This document shows, one piece after another, positions 36,061 through 49,035 of a DNA stretch of 64,000 bases; the stretch's first letter is position 1, and each line of letters opens with the position of its first letter. This DNA is from Torpedo marmorata. Its lineage: Eukaryota. The notes beneath the pieces are model-generated. The model ran no database searches. It was not told the origin of the DNA and saw nothing but the letters and a program-made list of their open reading frames with translations. The position numbers and the translations under genes are program-made. Location of the stretch: NCBI GenBank assembly GCA_977017645.1, contig OZ360247.1, positions 16,864,001-16,928,000 of the forward strand, written 5' to 3'.

Positions 36061-37397
36061 GCACCACCGCTCCCTACAGTGTGACCCTCCCTCAGTACGG
36101 CCCCTCCAACAGTACAAGTGCTCCCTCAGTCCTGGTATTGGTGTGCCAACAGAGATTCTCAGTTTGCCCAAAGCCAGTGTTGAGCCAGGGCATTGGTTGG
36201 GAGTGGTGGGACATAGAATACTGGGACGCTACACATGGCATATGTTCTGGATGTGATCATTAACAACGCGAGTCTGACCACACCTTCAAGAACTAAGACC
36301 CATTGCCCAAGATGTGTCCAGAAGGAATCCCAAGGAGAAAGTTATAGTGCAAAAGAATTGTGTTTTTTTAATATTAATTACAGATTTCAGTTTCATTCCC
36401 AATGGTAAAAATATTGCACAAGAATTGGCTGACTGACAGTTGAGAATTGTCCAATCAGATGCTAGAGTGGGTTCTGCCAATCAGCTTGGGAAGATGCCAG
36501 AAGGTGAAGATGGACATGCAGACTGACCAATAGCAGGAAGGTGGGGGCAGCAGGGTGGTTCTAGGGCATCATGTGATGACATCAGCAGGAAGATGTCCGG
36601 GCAGAGCTGACGCTTGAAGATGCAATGGTGGTGTGTGAGGCATTGTGGAGCAACCTGACAGCACTTGTGGACAGACTGTCAGAGGACTCGATAGTCCTGT
36701 TCGGTCATTTTTATTGCTCTGGAAGGTCAGGGTAAAAAGATGAAGATCAGTCAAAGAGATTTTCTGCAATATTAGCCTGAGAACAGCATTCTCAGTTCAT
36801 TAGCACTATCTGCATTTTGTCCAGGGTTTTATCTCTGGCATTCACATTTCTAGCTTTCACAACATTTCAGCCAATTTGTCGGATGCTCACGTCTCCCAGG
36901 ATTTCCTCAGAGGCCAATTCTTTCCCTAAGTGCCTTCTATGGTTTCTTTGTGATCTACACAGTCCATTACACAGGACGACATTGCTGATTAAACATTGTG
37001 TTCATTGCACAGGGGAGTGCAGGAGGGCGCCATCATTCCTTCAAACCTAATGAAGATAAACATTTTTAAGAGGAGACAAAGGGATTCAAGTCTGAACCAG
37101 CCTATTTTATCTCTATGTTTTGACCCCAGACCTCCGCCCCTCCCAGAGCTCAGTCCCGTCCCTCTGCCACCTGCCGGTCCTTTCACTGGAAGAGGGAAGG
37201 GGCCATTGAGCCCTGCGGAACTTTCCTGCATTCACTCCGTCCTAACAAAGGCCTCCTCCAACATCTGAGGATTGGTGTCCAGATTGGCAGAAGGGTCACA
37301 CAGAGGAACCGAGCAGGGGGGGTAACGCCATTGTCTGGACAGACTCATTTGCGGCCTCTCCCCCGTGATCTTTACTGCCCAACAGCAGTATGTAGTT

Positions 37398-37905
37398 ACC
37401 CCAGCCGGACGGACCTACCCCAGCAGCAGGGTGGAGTTACCCCAGCAGGACAGACCTACCCCAGCAGAAGGATGGAGTTACCCCAGCAGGACGGACCTGC
37501 CCCAGTAGCAGGGCAGAGCTGCCCCAGCAGGACGGAGCTGCCCCAGCAGGATGGACCTACCCCAGCAGAGGGACCACCCCCAGCAGAGGGACCACCCCCA
37601 GCAGAACGGACGTGCCCCAGCAGCAGGACGGACGTGCCCCAGCAGCAGGTCGGACCTACCCCAGCAGCAGGGCGGATCTGCCCCAGCAGGACAGACCCGC
37701 CCCAGCAGGACAGACCCGCCCCAGCAGGACAGACAGCCCCAGCAGGACGGACCCGCCCCAGCAGGACGGGCAGCCCCAGCAGGACGGACCCGCCCCAGTA
37801 GGACGGACCCGCCCCAGTAGGAGGATGGACCCGCCCCAGCAGGGTGGACTTGCCCCAACAGCAGGGCGGACCCGCCCCAACAGGACGGACCCGCCCCAGC
37901 AGCAG
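37398..37905. repeat. ~19-23-bp minisatellite CCCCAGCAGGACGGACCCG variants
   Basis: Direct tandem units. Confidence 0.9.
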
Positions 37906-38529
37906 TACACAGGTTTACCGATGGGACAGAGAAGTCCACAACATTGACTGCAGACTACAATGAAGTCTCACGGCATCCGGGACCAAACGGACCAGGAAAC
38001 GTCCTCCTGATTCATACTTCCCGCAGCTGATGAATCAGTGCTCCCTCCATGCTGAACAACACTTGGAAGAAGCACCAAGTAGCAGGGGCACCGAGGGGAG
38101 CTGTCCATGTTCATCATCCAACACTGAACAAGCTGGTGAAGGACAGAAGTGGCAGAAATAAGAACGTGCTCAAGATACTCATCAGGTCGAGCAGCAGCTT
38201 TGGAGAGAGTCACGGACATCAGTACAGGGAATGAGAGAAAGAAAATTCGATTTAAGTTGCAAATATGGGAGCGAAGGATGAGGCAACAGGAATATCTCTG
38301 ATAGGCTGATGCCCAGGTTGCCATGGGGATGGGTTGTAGATGAGGTCACCCAATTGCTTGTTTAATGGAGGCATCTAGAGAGAGAGTATGAAGAATAGTG
38401 AGGGGATCAGATCCCGGAAAAATCTGATGGGGCAGCAAAGCTTAGCAGGGAGAGGGGGCCAATCAGTCTGTCAACGGCGGTATTACACCCCTGCTGGATC
38501 CGCTGGGCGACACCTCTGCCAATCCGGTC

Positions 38530-41500
38530 GGGGAGGGGGAGTGGGAGGGGACGAGCAGGGGGTGGGGAAGGGGAGACGAGGAGGGAAAGGGGTGGTGTGT
38601 AGAGGGGGAGGAGTGGAGGGGGTGGGGACGTGGAAGGGGAGGAGACCTGGAGGGGGGCAGGGGTGACGCGAGGGGGAGAGGATGTGGAGGGGTGACATGT
38701 GGATGGGGAGGGGTGGTGTGGAGAGGGAGGGGACCTAGAAGTGGGCAAGGCTGACGTGAAGATGAGGGGACATGGAGGGAGAGGGGGAGGGGTGATGTGG
38801 AGGGGAAGGGGTTGAGGGGGAGGGGTGACATGGGGGGAGGGGTGTTGTGGAGGGGAGGAGTAATGTGTAGGGGAGGGGAGAGGTGAGGGGGAGGGGTGAT
38901 GTTTTTTAAAAAAATATTTTATTTAAAATTTTAAATCACAAAATACATAAGGTAAAATATGAAATTATCAAAATACTTGTGATACATTTTCACCCCCCCT
39001 CCCTCCCCTCCCTAACCCTCCCACCCCTACTAATCTACTAAAATAAAAAGAAAAAGAAAGAAAAAGATAGAATAAGGAGAATATGAATCTAAAAACACAT
39101 CTATAAACTGATTTTATTGTGGAGGATAGGTTTGCCAGTCAGATCCGATGTCTAGAGATCTTCAAATCCTTAAACCAACAGCCTTCATATAAGGGCTCCA
39201 TATTTTCAAAAAGAAATGATATTTATTACGTAAATTATAAGTAATTTTTTCAAGTGGTATACATGAACGAAGTTCTGCATGCCATCTCTCTAACCCTAAA
39301 TCAACATCAGATTTCCATGTAATAGCAATGCATTTCTTAGAAACAGCTAAAGCAATTCGCAAAAATTCTATTTGATACATATTTAATTTCATCTTAATAC
39401 TAATTCTTTTAATATCTCCAAACAAAAATATCATAGGGTCCATTGGAAGTATAATACTCAATACTTTATCTAAAAATGTTTTAATTTTCGACCAAAAATC
39501 ATAAATCTTTGGACAAAACCATGTAGAATGTACAAAAGAACCTTCCTCTCTGTTACATCTAAAACATAAACCTTATAATGTCGAATTAAATTTCTTTAAA
39601 TTTTTAGGCGTTAAATATAATTGATGAAAAATATTATATTGAACTAATCTATATCTAACGTTAATAATCTTCGTCATACTTAAATTTACTTAATTCTTTC
39701 CGATGTTCTTCGTCTATTGTTACATTCAAATCTGATTCCCATTTTAATCTTGATTTATGAATTCCTACTTTAGGGATTTTTCTCTGAAACAATCTATACA
39801 TTTGAGAAATAAATTTATTTACACCTCCATTAGTAACTAATAATTCTAGTTCACTCTGTCTTGGTAAAGTCAAACTATTACCTAACTTCCCAACTTAAAA
39901 TGCTCTAATTTGATAATAAGCAAAAAGTGTATTATTCGAAACATTAAACTTATCTTTCATTCTTTGAAAAGTAATAAATTTACTAGCTTCAAAACAATCA
40001 TTTATTTTCTTAATTCCCTTTTGAAACCAAATTTTAAATAATTGATTATCAACAGTAAATGGAATAAGTTTATTTTGATATAAAGGCATTTTTGGAGAAA
40101 TCAACCCTTTCCCTCCTATCTCCCTATCCAGTCTATTCCATATTTCTAACAAATGTTTAAAAATAGGAGAGTTCTTCCCTCTTGTTAATAATAATTTAGA
40201 ATTCCATTTATAAATAACTTCTTCTTTCAAATCTTCTCCTATATTATTTAATTCTCTTCTAATCCAAGCAGAAGATTTAGCTAAATCAAACATTTCATTA
40301 ACAAATTTTAATTGAGCTGCTTTATAATAATGGGGAGGGGTGATGTTGAGAGGGAGAGGACGTGGAGGAGGAGGGAAAGTGGAGAGGGAGGGAACATGGA
40401 GGAGGTGGGGTGATGTGGGTGGGTGATGTGGAGGGGAAGGGGTGACCTGAGGGGAAGGGGTGATGTGAGGGGAAGGGGTGATGTGAGGGGAAGGGGTGAT
40501 GTGAGGGGAAGGGGCGATGTGAGGGGAAGGGGCGACGTGAGGGGAAGGGGTGATGTGAGGGGAAGGGGTGACGTGAGGGGAAGGGGTGACGTGAGGGGAA
40601 GGGGTGACGTGAGGGGAAGGGGTGACGTGAGGGGAAGGGGCGATGTGAGGGGAAGGGGCGATGTGAGGGGAAGGGGTGACCTGAGGGGAAGGGGTGATGT
40701 GAGAGGAAGGGGTGATGAGTGGGGAAGGGGCGATGTGAGGGGAAGGGGTGACGTGGAGGGGAAGGGGTGATGTGAGGGGAAGGGTTGATGTGAGGGGAAG
40801 GGGTGATGTGAGAGGAAGGGGTGAGGTGAGGGGAGAAGGGGTGATGTGAGGGGAAGGGGTGATGAGTGGGGAAGGGGTGATGAGTGGGGAAGGGGTGATG
40901 AGTGGGGAAGGGGTGATGAGTGGGGAAGGGGTGATGTGAGGGGAAGGGGTGATGTGAGGGGAAGGGGTGACGTGAGGGGAAGGGGTGACGTGGAGGGGAA
41001 GGGGTGACGTGGAGGGGAAGGGGCGATGTGAGGGGAAGGGGCGATGTGAGGGGAAGGGGTGATGTGGAGGGGAACGGGTGACATGGAGGGGAAGGGGTGA
41101 CATGGAGGGGAAGGGGCGATGTGAGGGGAAGGGGTGATGTGAGGGGAAGGGGTGATGTGGAGGGGAAGGGGTGACGTGAGGGGAAGGGGCGACGTGAGGG
41201 GAAGGGGTGATGTGAGGGGAAGGGGTGATGTGTGGGGAAGGGGTGATGTGAGGGGAAGGGGTGACGTGAGGGGAAGGGGTGATGTGAGGGGAAGGGATGA
41301 TGAGTGGGGAAGGGGTGATGTGTGGGGAAGGGGTGATGTGAGGGGAAGGGGTGATGTGAGGGGAAGGGGTGACATGGAGGGGAAGGGGTGACATGGAGGG
41401 GAAGGGGCGATGTGAGGGGAAGGGGTGATGTGAGGGGAAGGGGTGATGTGTGGGGAAGGGGTGATGTGAGGGGAAGGGGTGACGTGAGGGGAAGGGGTGA

Positions 41501-42565
41501 TGTGAGGGGAAGGGGTGATGTGATGGGAAGGGGTGATGTGAGGGGAAGGGGTGATGTGGAGTGGAAGGGGTGATGTGTGGGGAAGGGGTGATGTGAGGGG
41601 AAGGGGTGATGTGGAGGGGAAGGGGCGACGTGAGGGGAAGGGGTGATGTGTGGGGAAGGGGTGATGTGAGGGGAAGGGGTGATGTGAGGGGAAGGGGTGA
41701 TGTGGAGGGGAAGGGGTGATGTGGAGGGGAAGGGGTGACAAGGTGAAGGGGTGACGTGAGGGGAAGGGGTGATGTGTGGGGAAGGGGTGATGTGAGGGGA
41801 AGGGGTGACGTGAGGGGAAGGGGTGATGTGGAGGGGAAGGGGTGATGTGGAGGGGAAGGGGTGACAAGGTGAAGGGGTGATGTGAGGGGAAGGGGTGATG
41901 TGATTGGAAGGGGTGACGTGAGGGGAAGGGGTGATGTGAGGGGAAGGGGTGACGTGAGGGGAAGGGGTGACGTGGAGGGGAAGGGGTGACAAGGTGAAGG
42001 GGTGACGTGAGGGGAAGGGGTGACGTGAGGGGAAGGGGTGACGTGGAGGGGAAGGGGTGACAAGAGCGGAAGGGGTGACGTTAGGGGAAGGGGCGATGTG
42101 AGGGGAAGGGGCGATGTGAGGGGAAGGGGCGATGTGAGGGGAAGGGGTGACGTGGAGGGGAAGGGGCGACGTGAGTTGAAGGGGTGACGTTAGGGGAAGG
42201 GGTGACGTGGAGGGGAAGGGGTGACGTGGAGGGGAAGGGGTGACATGGTGAAGGGGTGACGAGGGGAAGGGGTGACGTGAGGGGAAGGGGTGACGTGAGG
42301 GGAAGGGGTGACGTGGAGGGGAAGGGGTGACATGGTGAAGGGGTGACGAGGGGAAGGGGTGACGTGAGGGGAAGGGGTGACGAGAGCGGAAGGGGTGACG
42401 TGGAGGGGAAGGGGTGACATGGTGAAGGGGTGACGAGGGGAAGGGGTGACGTGAGGGGAAGGGGTGACGTGAGGGGAAGGGGTGATGTGGAGGGGAAGGG
42501 GTGACGAGAGCGGAAGGGGTGACGTGAAGGGGAAGGGGTGACGTGAGGGGAAGGGGTGACGTGGA
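38530..42565. repeat. G/A-rich 18-19-bp minisatellite GAGGGGAAGGGGTGA(T/C)GT, interrupted by an L1
   Basis: More than 100 units in 40420-42565; degenerate units at 38530-38900. Confidence 0.95.
38904..40331 (-). mobile_element. 5'-truncated AT-rich L1-clade LINE (ORF2 C-terminus + 3' UTR)
   Basis: YYKAAQL...FKIWFQKGI...CFRC..EEGSFVHSTWFC...LEKITY...IWSPY with stops and frameshifts; 16-bp TSD GGGGAGGGGTGATGTT at 38888-38903 and 40332-40347. Confidence 0.9.
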
Positions 42566-42683
42566 GCAGGCAGTGATGTGGAGGAGGAGGTTTGTGCTTG
42601 ATCGTGAACCATTGGTGCAGCTCTCGCGAACTCACTGTCCCGACGAGAACGCTGACAGGTGTTGCACTTCTCTCCTCTCCCAG

Positions 42684-42767
42684 ATCACATTTTCTTTGGT
42701 TCAGAATGGCGTCGACGGTTCTGTGTGTTGAACAAAAACATCTTCCACTACTACAGCTCTGAGAAAG
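42684..42767 (+). CDS. SKAP1: SKAP-family adaptor, PH domain exon
   Basis: ctctcccag acceptor, AAG|gtatg donor; 84 bp; (D)HIFFGSEWRRRFCVLNKNIFHYYSSEK(D), similar to SKAP1 DHSFFGSEWQKRWCV. Confidence 0.93.
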
Positions 42768-43147
42768 GTATGTGTCCGACTGTCGCAAGCTCGGCCCAGA
42801 CTCTTGAGGAGCGATTGATCTCCCAATCCTCGCCCACCCGACCGTACATAAACCACACTACATCTGCAACTTGTGATATCTCCAGCAAGGCCAGTGCTCA
42901 CCGACATCGTTGACCAACCTGGCCTTTGATACAGCCAATGGGCTTGCTCGTGAGGGCAAGTTCGAATCAAGCAAGAGCACTGAATTGATGCTGCTTGATC
43001 TGCTGAGTTCCTCCAGATTGTTTTCTGGTCAAGAGCACTGGGATGGTGGGGATTGTTGCCTGGTATCTCGTGGAACCCACCTCCATCGCTTGTCCATTCC
43101 TACCCAGGGATCCTGCAGCCCCTCTCTAGCTGATTGCTTTCTTGCAG

Positions 43148-43266
43148 ATAAACAGCAGAGAGGCGCGTTCTACGTTTGCGATGCCTACCTGGTTCAAAAT
43201 CTCCGGAAAGATGCCAAGAAAAATTCCTGCTTTGAAGTCCTCAGTTCAGACAAGAAGGTGTATCAG
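43148..43266 (+). CDS. SKAP1: SKAP-family adaptor, PH domain exon
   Basis: tttcttgcag acceptor, CAG|gtaag donor; 119 bp, phase 1-0; (D)KQQRGAFYVCDAYLVQNLRKDAKKNSCFEVLSSDKKVYQ. Confidence 0.93.
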
Positions 43267-44339
43267 GTAAGAATTCCCGTTATGCATGGAGTGGCCATGT
43301 GACCATGAGATACCTGACAGTGAAATTGTTTGATTCCGCACTCATTTGCAAGGTTGGCGTAGCGCAACGCTATCACAGCGCCAGCGACCCGGGTTCGAAT
43401 CCAGCGCTGTCTGTAAGGAGTTTGTCCATTCTCCCCGTGTCTGCTTGGGTTTTCTCCGGGTATCCGGTTTCCTCCCACCCTCCAAAAATGTACAGGGGTA
43501 GTAGGGCATTGTAGGTTAATTTGTATTTGGGGGGCACGGGCTTGTGGGCCGGAAGGGCCTGTTACCCTAGTGTACGTCTAAATTAAAAATAAATTAAAGT
43601 TTAAAAATAAAAAAATAAGTGGCTGAAATGCAAGGAAATAAATCTACAATTCTATAGCATCTTTCACATCCTTCGAGGTGTTTAACAGGCAACCAAGTCC
43701 TTTCTAAAGTTCAGCCTCTATTCTTTGAGAAACACCGTCCAATATGCACACAGGAAACTTCTCAAGTTATCAAGTTCAAGCTTATTGTCGTCTGCACGTA
43801 TACTTTTCTATACCGGTGTACAAGTCTGCACTGTGCTATTCTGTATGTCAGTCTGTACTGTGGAGTTCTGAGCTGTACAGTTTCCACTGGAGCACTCTGT
43901 GCTGCACTGTCCTGCGCTGTTACATTTGCTCTGAATGCAGTACATTCTCGCACTGACCAGCGACATTCCCAAAGCCATGCTCTCCTGTCCTTCCACTTCT
44001 CACCACGTCCACGTACATAGGTTTCCAGTCTCCCCTTCCTTTCTTCCTTCCTTTCCTTCTCTCCATCTCTCTCTCTCCTATCACTTTTTCTATCATTGTC
44101 TTTCTCACTCTCTTTCTCTCACTCTGTCACTTTCTACTCCACCCTTCTCCTCCCTCCCTCTCCTCTCTTACCCCTTCACTTTCTTTCTCTCCATCTCTGT
44201 CTGTCACTCTCACATTCACTGACCCCTTCCATTTCCTCTTCTTCCTCCCCCTCCCCCAACTTGCTTCATTTGAGTGTTTGTTCCTCTGGGATTTGTTGTG
44301 AAGTTTTCCTGTTAAAAGCTGCATTGATCTTAAATCAGC

Positions 44340-45060
44340 AGTTGAATTGTGTGTCTGATGAACTGTCTGCCGCTGTGTGTACATTACTAGAGCAATCCTT
44401 ACTGCAGTCCATCCCCTGCCACCAAACTAGTTGTCTCCGGCGCCACCTCAAACATCTGCGAACTGGGTTACAGAGGTGGAGTGGCGCCAGAGAACACAGT
44501 GTTTTGCTGAGTACATTCGTTCTCCAGTCTGAATGTGAGGTGCTGGGGGCAGGGAGCTTCTTCCTGACGGGAAGGTGGGGGGTGGTGGGGAGGGGTGAAG
44601 AGAGTGTGGCCAGAGTGTGATGAGTCTGCTTTTCCCAGACAGCAGGAGGTGTTGATAGAATCGATGGGGGGATATGTGATCGACTAAGCCACGTCCACAA
44701 CCCTCTGCAGGTTCTTGCGGTCTTGGGCGGAGCAGTTCCCGTCCCACACAGTGATGCACTCTGATTGGAGTCTTTCAGTGGAGCACCTGTGGTTGACGGG
44801 CCGAATGTCCTCAGGCTTCTGAGGGCACAGAGGCACTCGTGCATTCTCCTGGCCGCTGAGTCAATGAGAGCAGACCAGGGCAGTACAACGCAGGCCAGTA
44901 AACTACAGGAGTGAACAGTACAGAACAGTCTGTGAAAGCAGCATGAAATGTCGGAACTGGAGCGGAGACGAGTGCAAAAATGTTTTCTGTCCAGAAGGAG
45001 GTTTCTCCTGAATTCCTGACCACCTTGTTTTGGTCTTGTGTTGCTCTGCCACACATGAAT
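44340..45060 (-). mobile_element. Degraded Rex1/Babar-type LINE
   Basis: Minus-strand LRSLRTFG...YG..S...RKNLQR remnants. Confidence 0.55.
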
Positions 45061-45779
45061 CATTTTACCGATGAAACTCTCAGAAATTTAAAGTCTGAGG
45101 CTATTCCCCAGTAACTTGGTTCTGTAGACCACAAACCTCTGGCCAAGTGATGGCAGAGCGGCAATTTGAACTGAAGGGTTGGCGTAGTTGGGTGCTCCAT
45201 TAACACTTGAAACTTGCAGTGGTGTTGCCAGATCATCAGAATGGTTGAATTTTTTAATGTAGACATACAGCACTGTAACAGGCCATTTCGGCCCACGAGT
45301 CCATGCCGCCCAATTTACACCCAATTAACGTACACCCCTGGTACGTTTTGAACGGTGGGAGGAAACCGGAGCCCCCGGGAAAAACCCACGCAGACATAGG
45401 GAGAACGTACTAACTCCTTACAGACAGCGCGGGATTCGAACCCCGGTCCCGATCGCTGGCGCTGTAAAGACGTTGCGCTAACCGCTACGCCAACCGTGCC
45501 GCCCAATGGCCCACATCTCATGGGGCAAGCATCCCATTAAGTTGTAAGACACAACAAATGCAACTCCTGATCTACCCAACCAAACCTCAGGGTCTCCTGA
45601 TGCATCAGCTTGCTGTGGATTGCAGGGGAATGCCCAGCTGTGGAGACCAGCACAGTTCTCCAAGCCAACCCTCTCCCTGACAGTACTGAGGGAGTGCTAC
45701 ACATCACGGATGCAGCTTTTCTGATAAGAGTGCAGGAAATGGGAGTCAGAGTGGAACTTTCAGTTGTCCATTCATGCAC

Positions 45780-48057
45780 GGTTCCGGGTAGGAAAATTTC
45801 TGACAGCCTCACGCTGCTCAGAGATACCATCGCCCACGTGCAGGACTGGGGTGGTGGACACCTGCCTGGTCAACTTAGACCAGGAGAAGGCTTTCGACCG
45901 GATATCGCACACGTACATGATGGACGTGCTCTCCAAAATGGGCTTTGAGGAGGGAATCGGGAATTGGATTAAACTGCTTGACACGGACATCCGTAGTGAA
46001 GTCCAAATCGATAGGTGAGAAACTGATAGCTTCCCCATCACGTCTGGAGTTAGGCAGTCCTATTTGGGTGCTGCATAGAGCCCTTTGCTGAAACCATCAG
46101 GAAGGACGAGGGCATAAGAGGAGTGACGTTGCTAGGCAGTGGAGGCACCCAGGCCAAGGCCTCCCTGTACATGGACGACGTCACCATCTTCTGTGCGGAC
46201 ACACGATTGGTCCGCAAATTGATCAGCATCTGCAGCCAATATGAGTCTGCATCAGGCACCAGGGTAAACCGGATGAAGAGCGAGGCAATGCTCTTCGGTA
46301 ACTGGCCCGACCGGTCCATCAACCCGCTCACAGTCAGATCTGACTACCTGAAGGTGTTGGGGATCTGGTTTGGAGGGACTGAGCTGTGCAACAAGAATTG
46401 GTTGGAGCGGATCGCAAATGTCCACCAGAAATAGGGATTGTGGGTGCGGCGCTCCGTCTCAATACCAGGGAAGAACCTGGTCATCAGGTGCAAGGTGCTT
46501 TCGTGTGGCCCATCCCCGCAACTCCGCCCGGGCAGTCACCAGAGCAGTTTTCCAGTTGATATGGGGATCCAAAATGGAAAGGATCAGAAGGGTTGCCATG
46601 TACAAGTCGCCAGACAACAGGGGCAGGGATGCACCCAACGTGGCCTTCATCCTGATGACCACCTTCGTGTGTGGCTGCATCTGGCTGTGCATGTACGAGG
46701 GCACCAAGTGCCGCTATGTGCTGAGGTTCTACCTGTCCCAGGTGTTGCGAAGGATAGGCCTGGCCAGGGTCGGCACCAGATCGAGTGTTAGAGGGGGACA
46801 TTAGGGTAAGCGGGGGGGGGGGGGCACAGTCCGACAGTCGTAAACTCGCTCAACAGGTGGAGGGGGGGGTGCTGCTAGCTGCCTACCGGACAGACGGAAA
46901 CCTCCATTCCCTCCAACGGTAGCAGCCGAAATCGCTGCTTTTATTGCGTCGAGAGTCACGCTTGACGCACGCTAGTGACGCGGTCGGGTGGAGAGTCACT
47001 AGCGTGCGTCAAGCTAAGACGCTAGTGATGCTTGACGCACGCTAGTGACGTGGGTGGGGGCGGGTCTGTCGGCATGTGGTGGGGGGGTCACAGCACCTCG
47101 CTTAGGGGGGCAATGCCTGCGAATGCCCCCCCTTGGCGCCGACGCTGGGCCTGGCCCCGTTGCCTCGCGATGTCCCAGTCAGCTGGACTTTGCCACACAA
47201 CCTATCCTTCATGGAAAAGTTTTTCCAGACCAACACCTTTGACAACAGGGCCTTCAGGCAGTGGTCAGCACGGAACGTCCTGCAGACACAGAGACAAAGG
47301 ACTCGATGGACCCGGTGGGTTGGTTCCCTGAGCAGACCGTCAAGGTCATCTGGTGAAATGCCTCATTGCCAGTGCTCACGAACAGGCACCAGGACTTGGC
47401 CTGGCTGGCAGTGAGAGGAGCCCTCCCAGTCAGATCCTTCCTGTACAATCGGAGCATCACCCCCAACACATGTTATCTCCGAGATGACTGCAGTGTAGTG
47501 GAGACAGTCGCCCACCTCTTTGCTGAATGCAGATTCGCTAAGAGTCTCTGTCACGGTTCATCCCCAGCGGCAACGTGACAGAGGACTCTCTGATCTGCGG
47601 GCTATTCCCGGGGGCGCACACAGTCAGACATCCAGAACTGCTGGAAGACCATCAACTCGGTGAAAGATGCACTTTGCTCTGCCCGAAACCTGTTGGTCTC
47701 TCAGCACATGGAGATGTCGGTGAGAGAATGCTGCCGACTGGCACATTCCAAGCTGCAGGAGTATGTACTAAGGGGCGCACTGAGGCTTGGTTGGGCACTG
47801 TGGGGAAGGACCACAGTCTAGAGTCCTCCCATTACCGGGCATTGAGGGGTTAAGAGCGAGGGGAAGCCCCTCAAATAAAAGAGGGGGGAGAAGCGACAAG
47901 ATGCGACCATGGTGGTAATGGTGTAAATAGAAATCAATTTAACAATGTACAGTGATGGAAATGTATGGATACAAAACGAAGGTTGGGAAGAGACTTTGAA
48001 CGGTTTCCTTTTTGTAAATAATTTATTGTGAATAAAGTCTATTTTTGGTTAAAAAAA
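45780..48057 (+). mobile_element. 5'-truncated Tx1-clade LINE (RT + C-terminal Cys/His motif)
   Basis: VPGRKISDSLTLLRDTI, LDQEKAFDRISH, SLYMDDVTIF, HQDLAWLAVRGALPVR, ETVAHLFAEC; frameshifts; AATAAA at 48031 and A tail. Confidence 0.9.
46765..47147. mobile_element. hAT MITE, copy 2, nested in Tx1 ORF2
   Basis: TIRs CAGGGTCGGCACCA / TGGCGCCGACGCTG; perfect 8-bp TSD GGCCTGGC at 46757-46764 and 47148-47155. Confidence 0.9.
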
Positions 48058-48139
48058 CAATCCTGCCTCACCATGCTCCCTGATTACAGCCCCTCAGCAC
48101 CATTTTCGATCACTATCCCCATCTCGCTGATGCCGTCAC

Positions 48140-49035
48140 CACCGTTCGGGAAACCGAACAGTCCTTCCAAGTGAAGCCACACTTCACCTGTGAATCTGCA
48201 GGGTCATTTACTGCGACCGGTGCTCCCGTTGTGGTCTCCTCTACATCAGGGAGACTGGACGCAGACTGGGGGATCGCTTTGTTGAGCACCTTTGCTCTGT
48301 CCACAGCAACAGCAAGGACCTCTCAGTGGCCAACCACTTCAATTCAACACTCCATTATGACACTGAGATTCTGTCCATGGCCTCGTGTACTGCCAAGTTG
48401 AGGCCACTTGTAAATTAGAGAAAATGCAACTTGTATTCTGTCTCGGCAGTTTCCAACCAGATGACATCAATATCGACCTCCAATTTTTGTTAACCCTCCA
48501 CCCTGGTCTCATTCCTCTGTTTCCCTTCCTCCAGCTCCCCACCCCCTTCCCTTCCTTCTCCTATCAGAGAGCTATCTTTCAAGTCAAGGCAAGTCAAGTT
48601 TATTGTCATCTGAGTGTACAAGTACAACCCGACGAAACAGCGTTCTCCGGTCCTCGGTGCAAAACATGCAGACACACAACTAGACATAAAGACACATACA
48701 GACAAACAATACATATGCAGGACAAGTATTTCATCTATACAAATAAATAAATAAATATTTTTCTTTAGCCTTCTCCCCTATCACCTCAGCTTCTTTCTCT
48801 CCTTCCCCTTCCCACCTGTATCCACCTATCACCTGCTAGCCTGTGCTCCTCACCCTTTCCACCACTCCCCCCTCTCCCAACCTTCCTATTTGGTTGTCTG
48901 CCTGATTATCGGCACTCCTGATGAAGGGCTCAGGCCCGAAATGTCGACTAGTTTGTGCTTCCCGTGGATGCTGGGTGAACTGCTGAGTTTCTCCAGTTTG
49001 TGTATTGCACTCAACCCCAACATCTGCAGACTGCT
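48140..49035 (+). mobile_element. Penelope-like GIY-YIG fragment + terminal repeat, with nested Rex tail (~48590-48760, -)
   Basis: SFQVKPHFTCES, CGLLYI.ETGRRLGDRF.EHL, KLEKMQLVFCLGSFQPDDINIDL; hammerhead-like core at 48918-48945. Confidence 0.85.

Noticed and set aside
39895-42788. Long Pro/His/Thr/Ser-rich ORFs (722, 556, 519 aa) and RGRGDV ORFs
   Set aside because: Open frames of the 18-bp minisatellite. The 722-aa ORF runs into L1 ORF2 by chance at the insertion junction.
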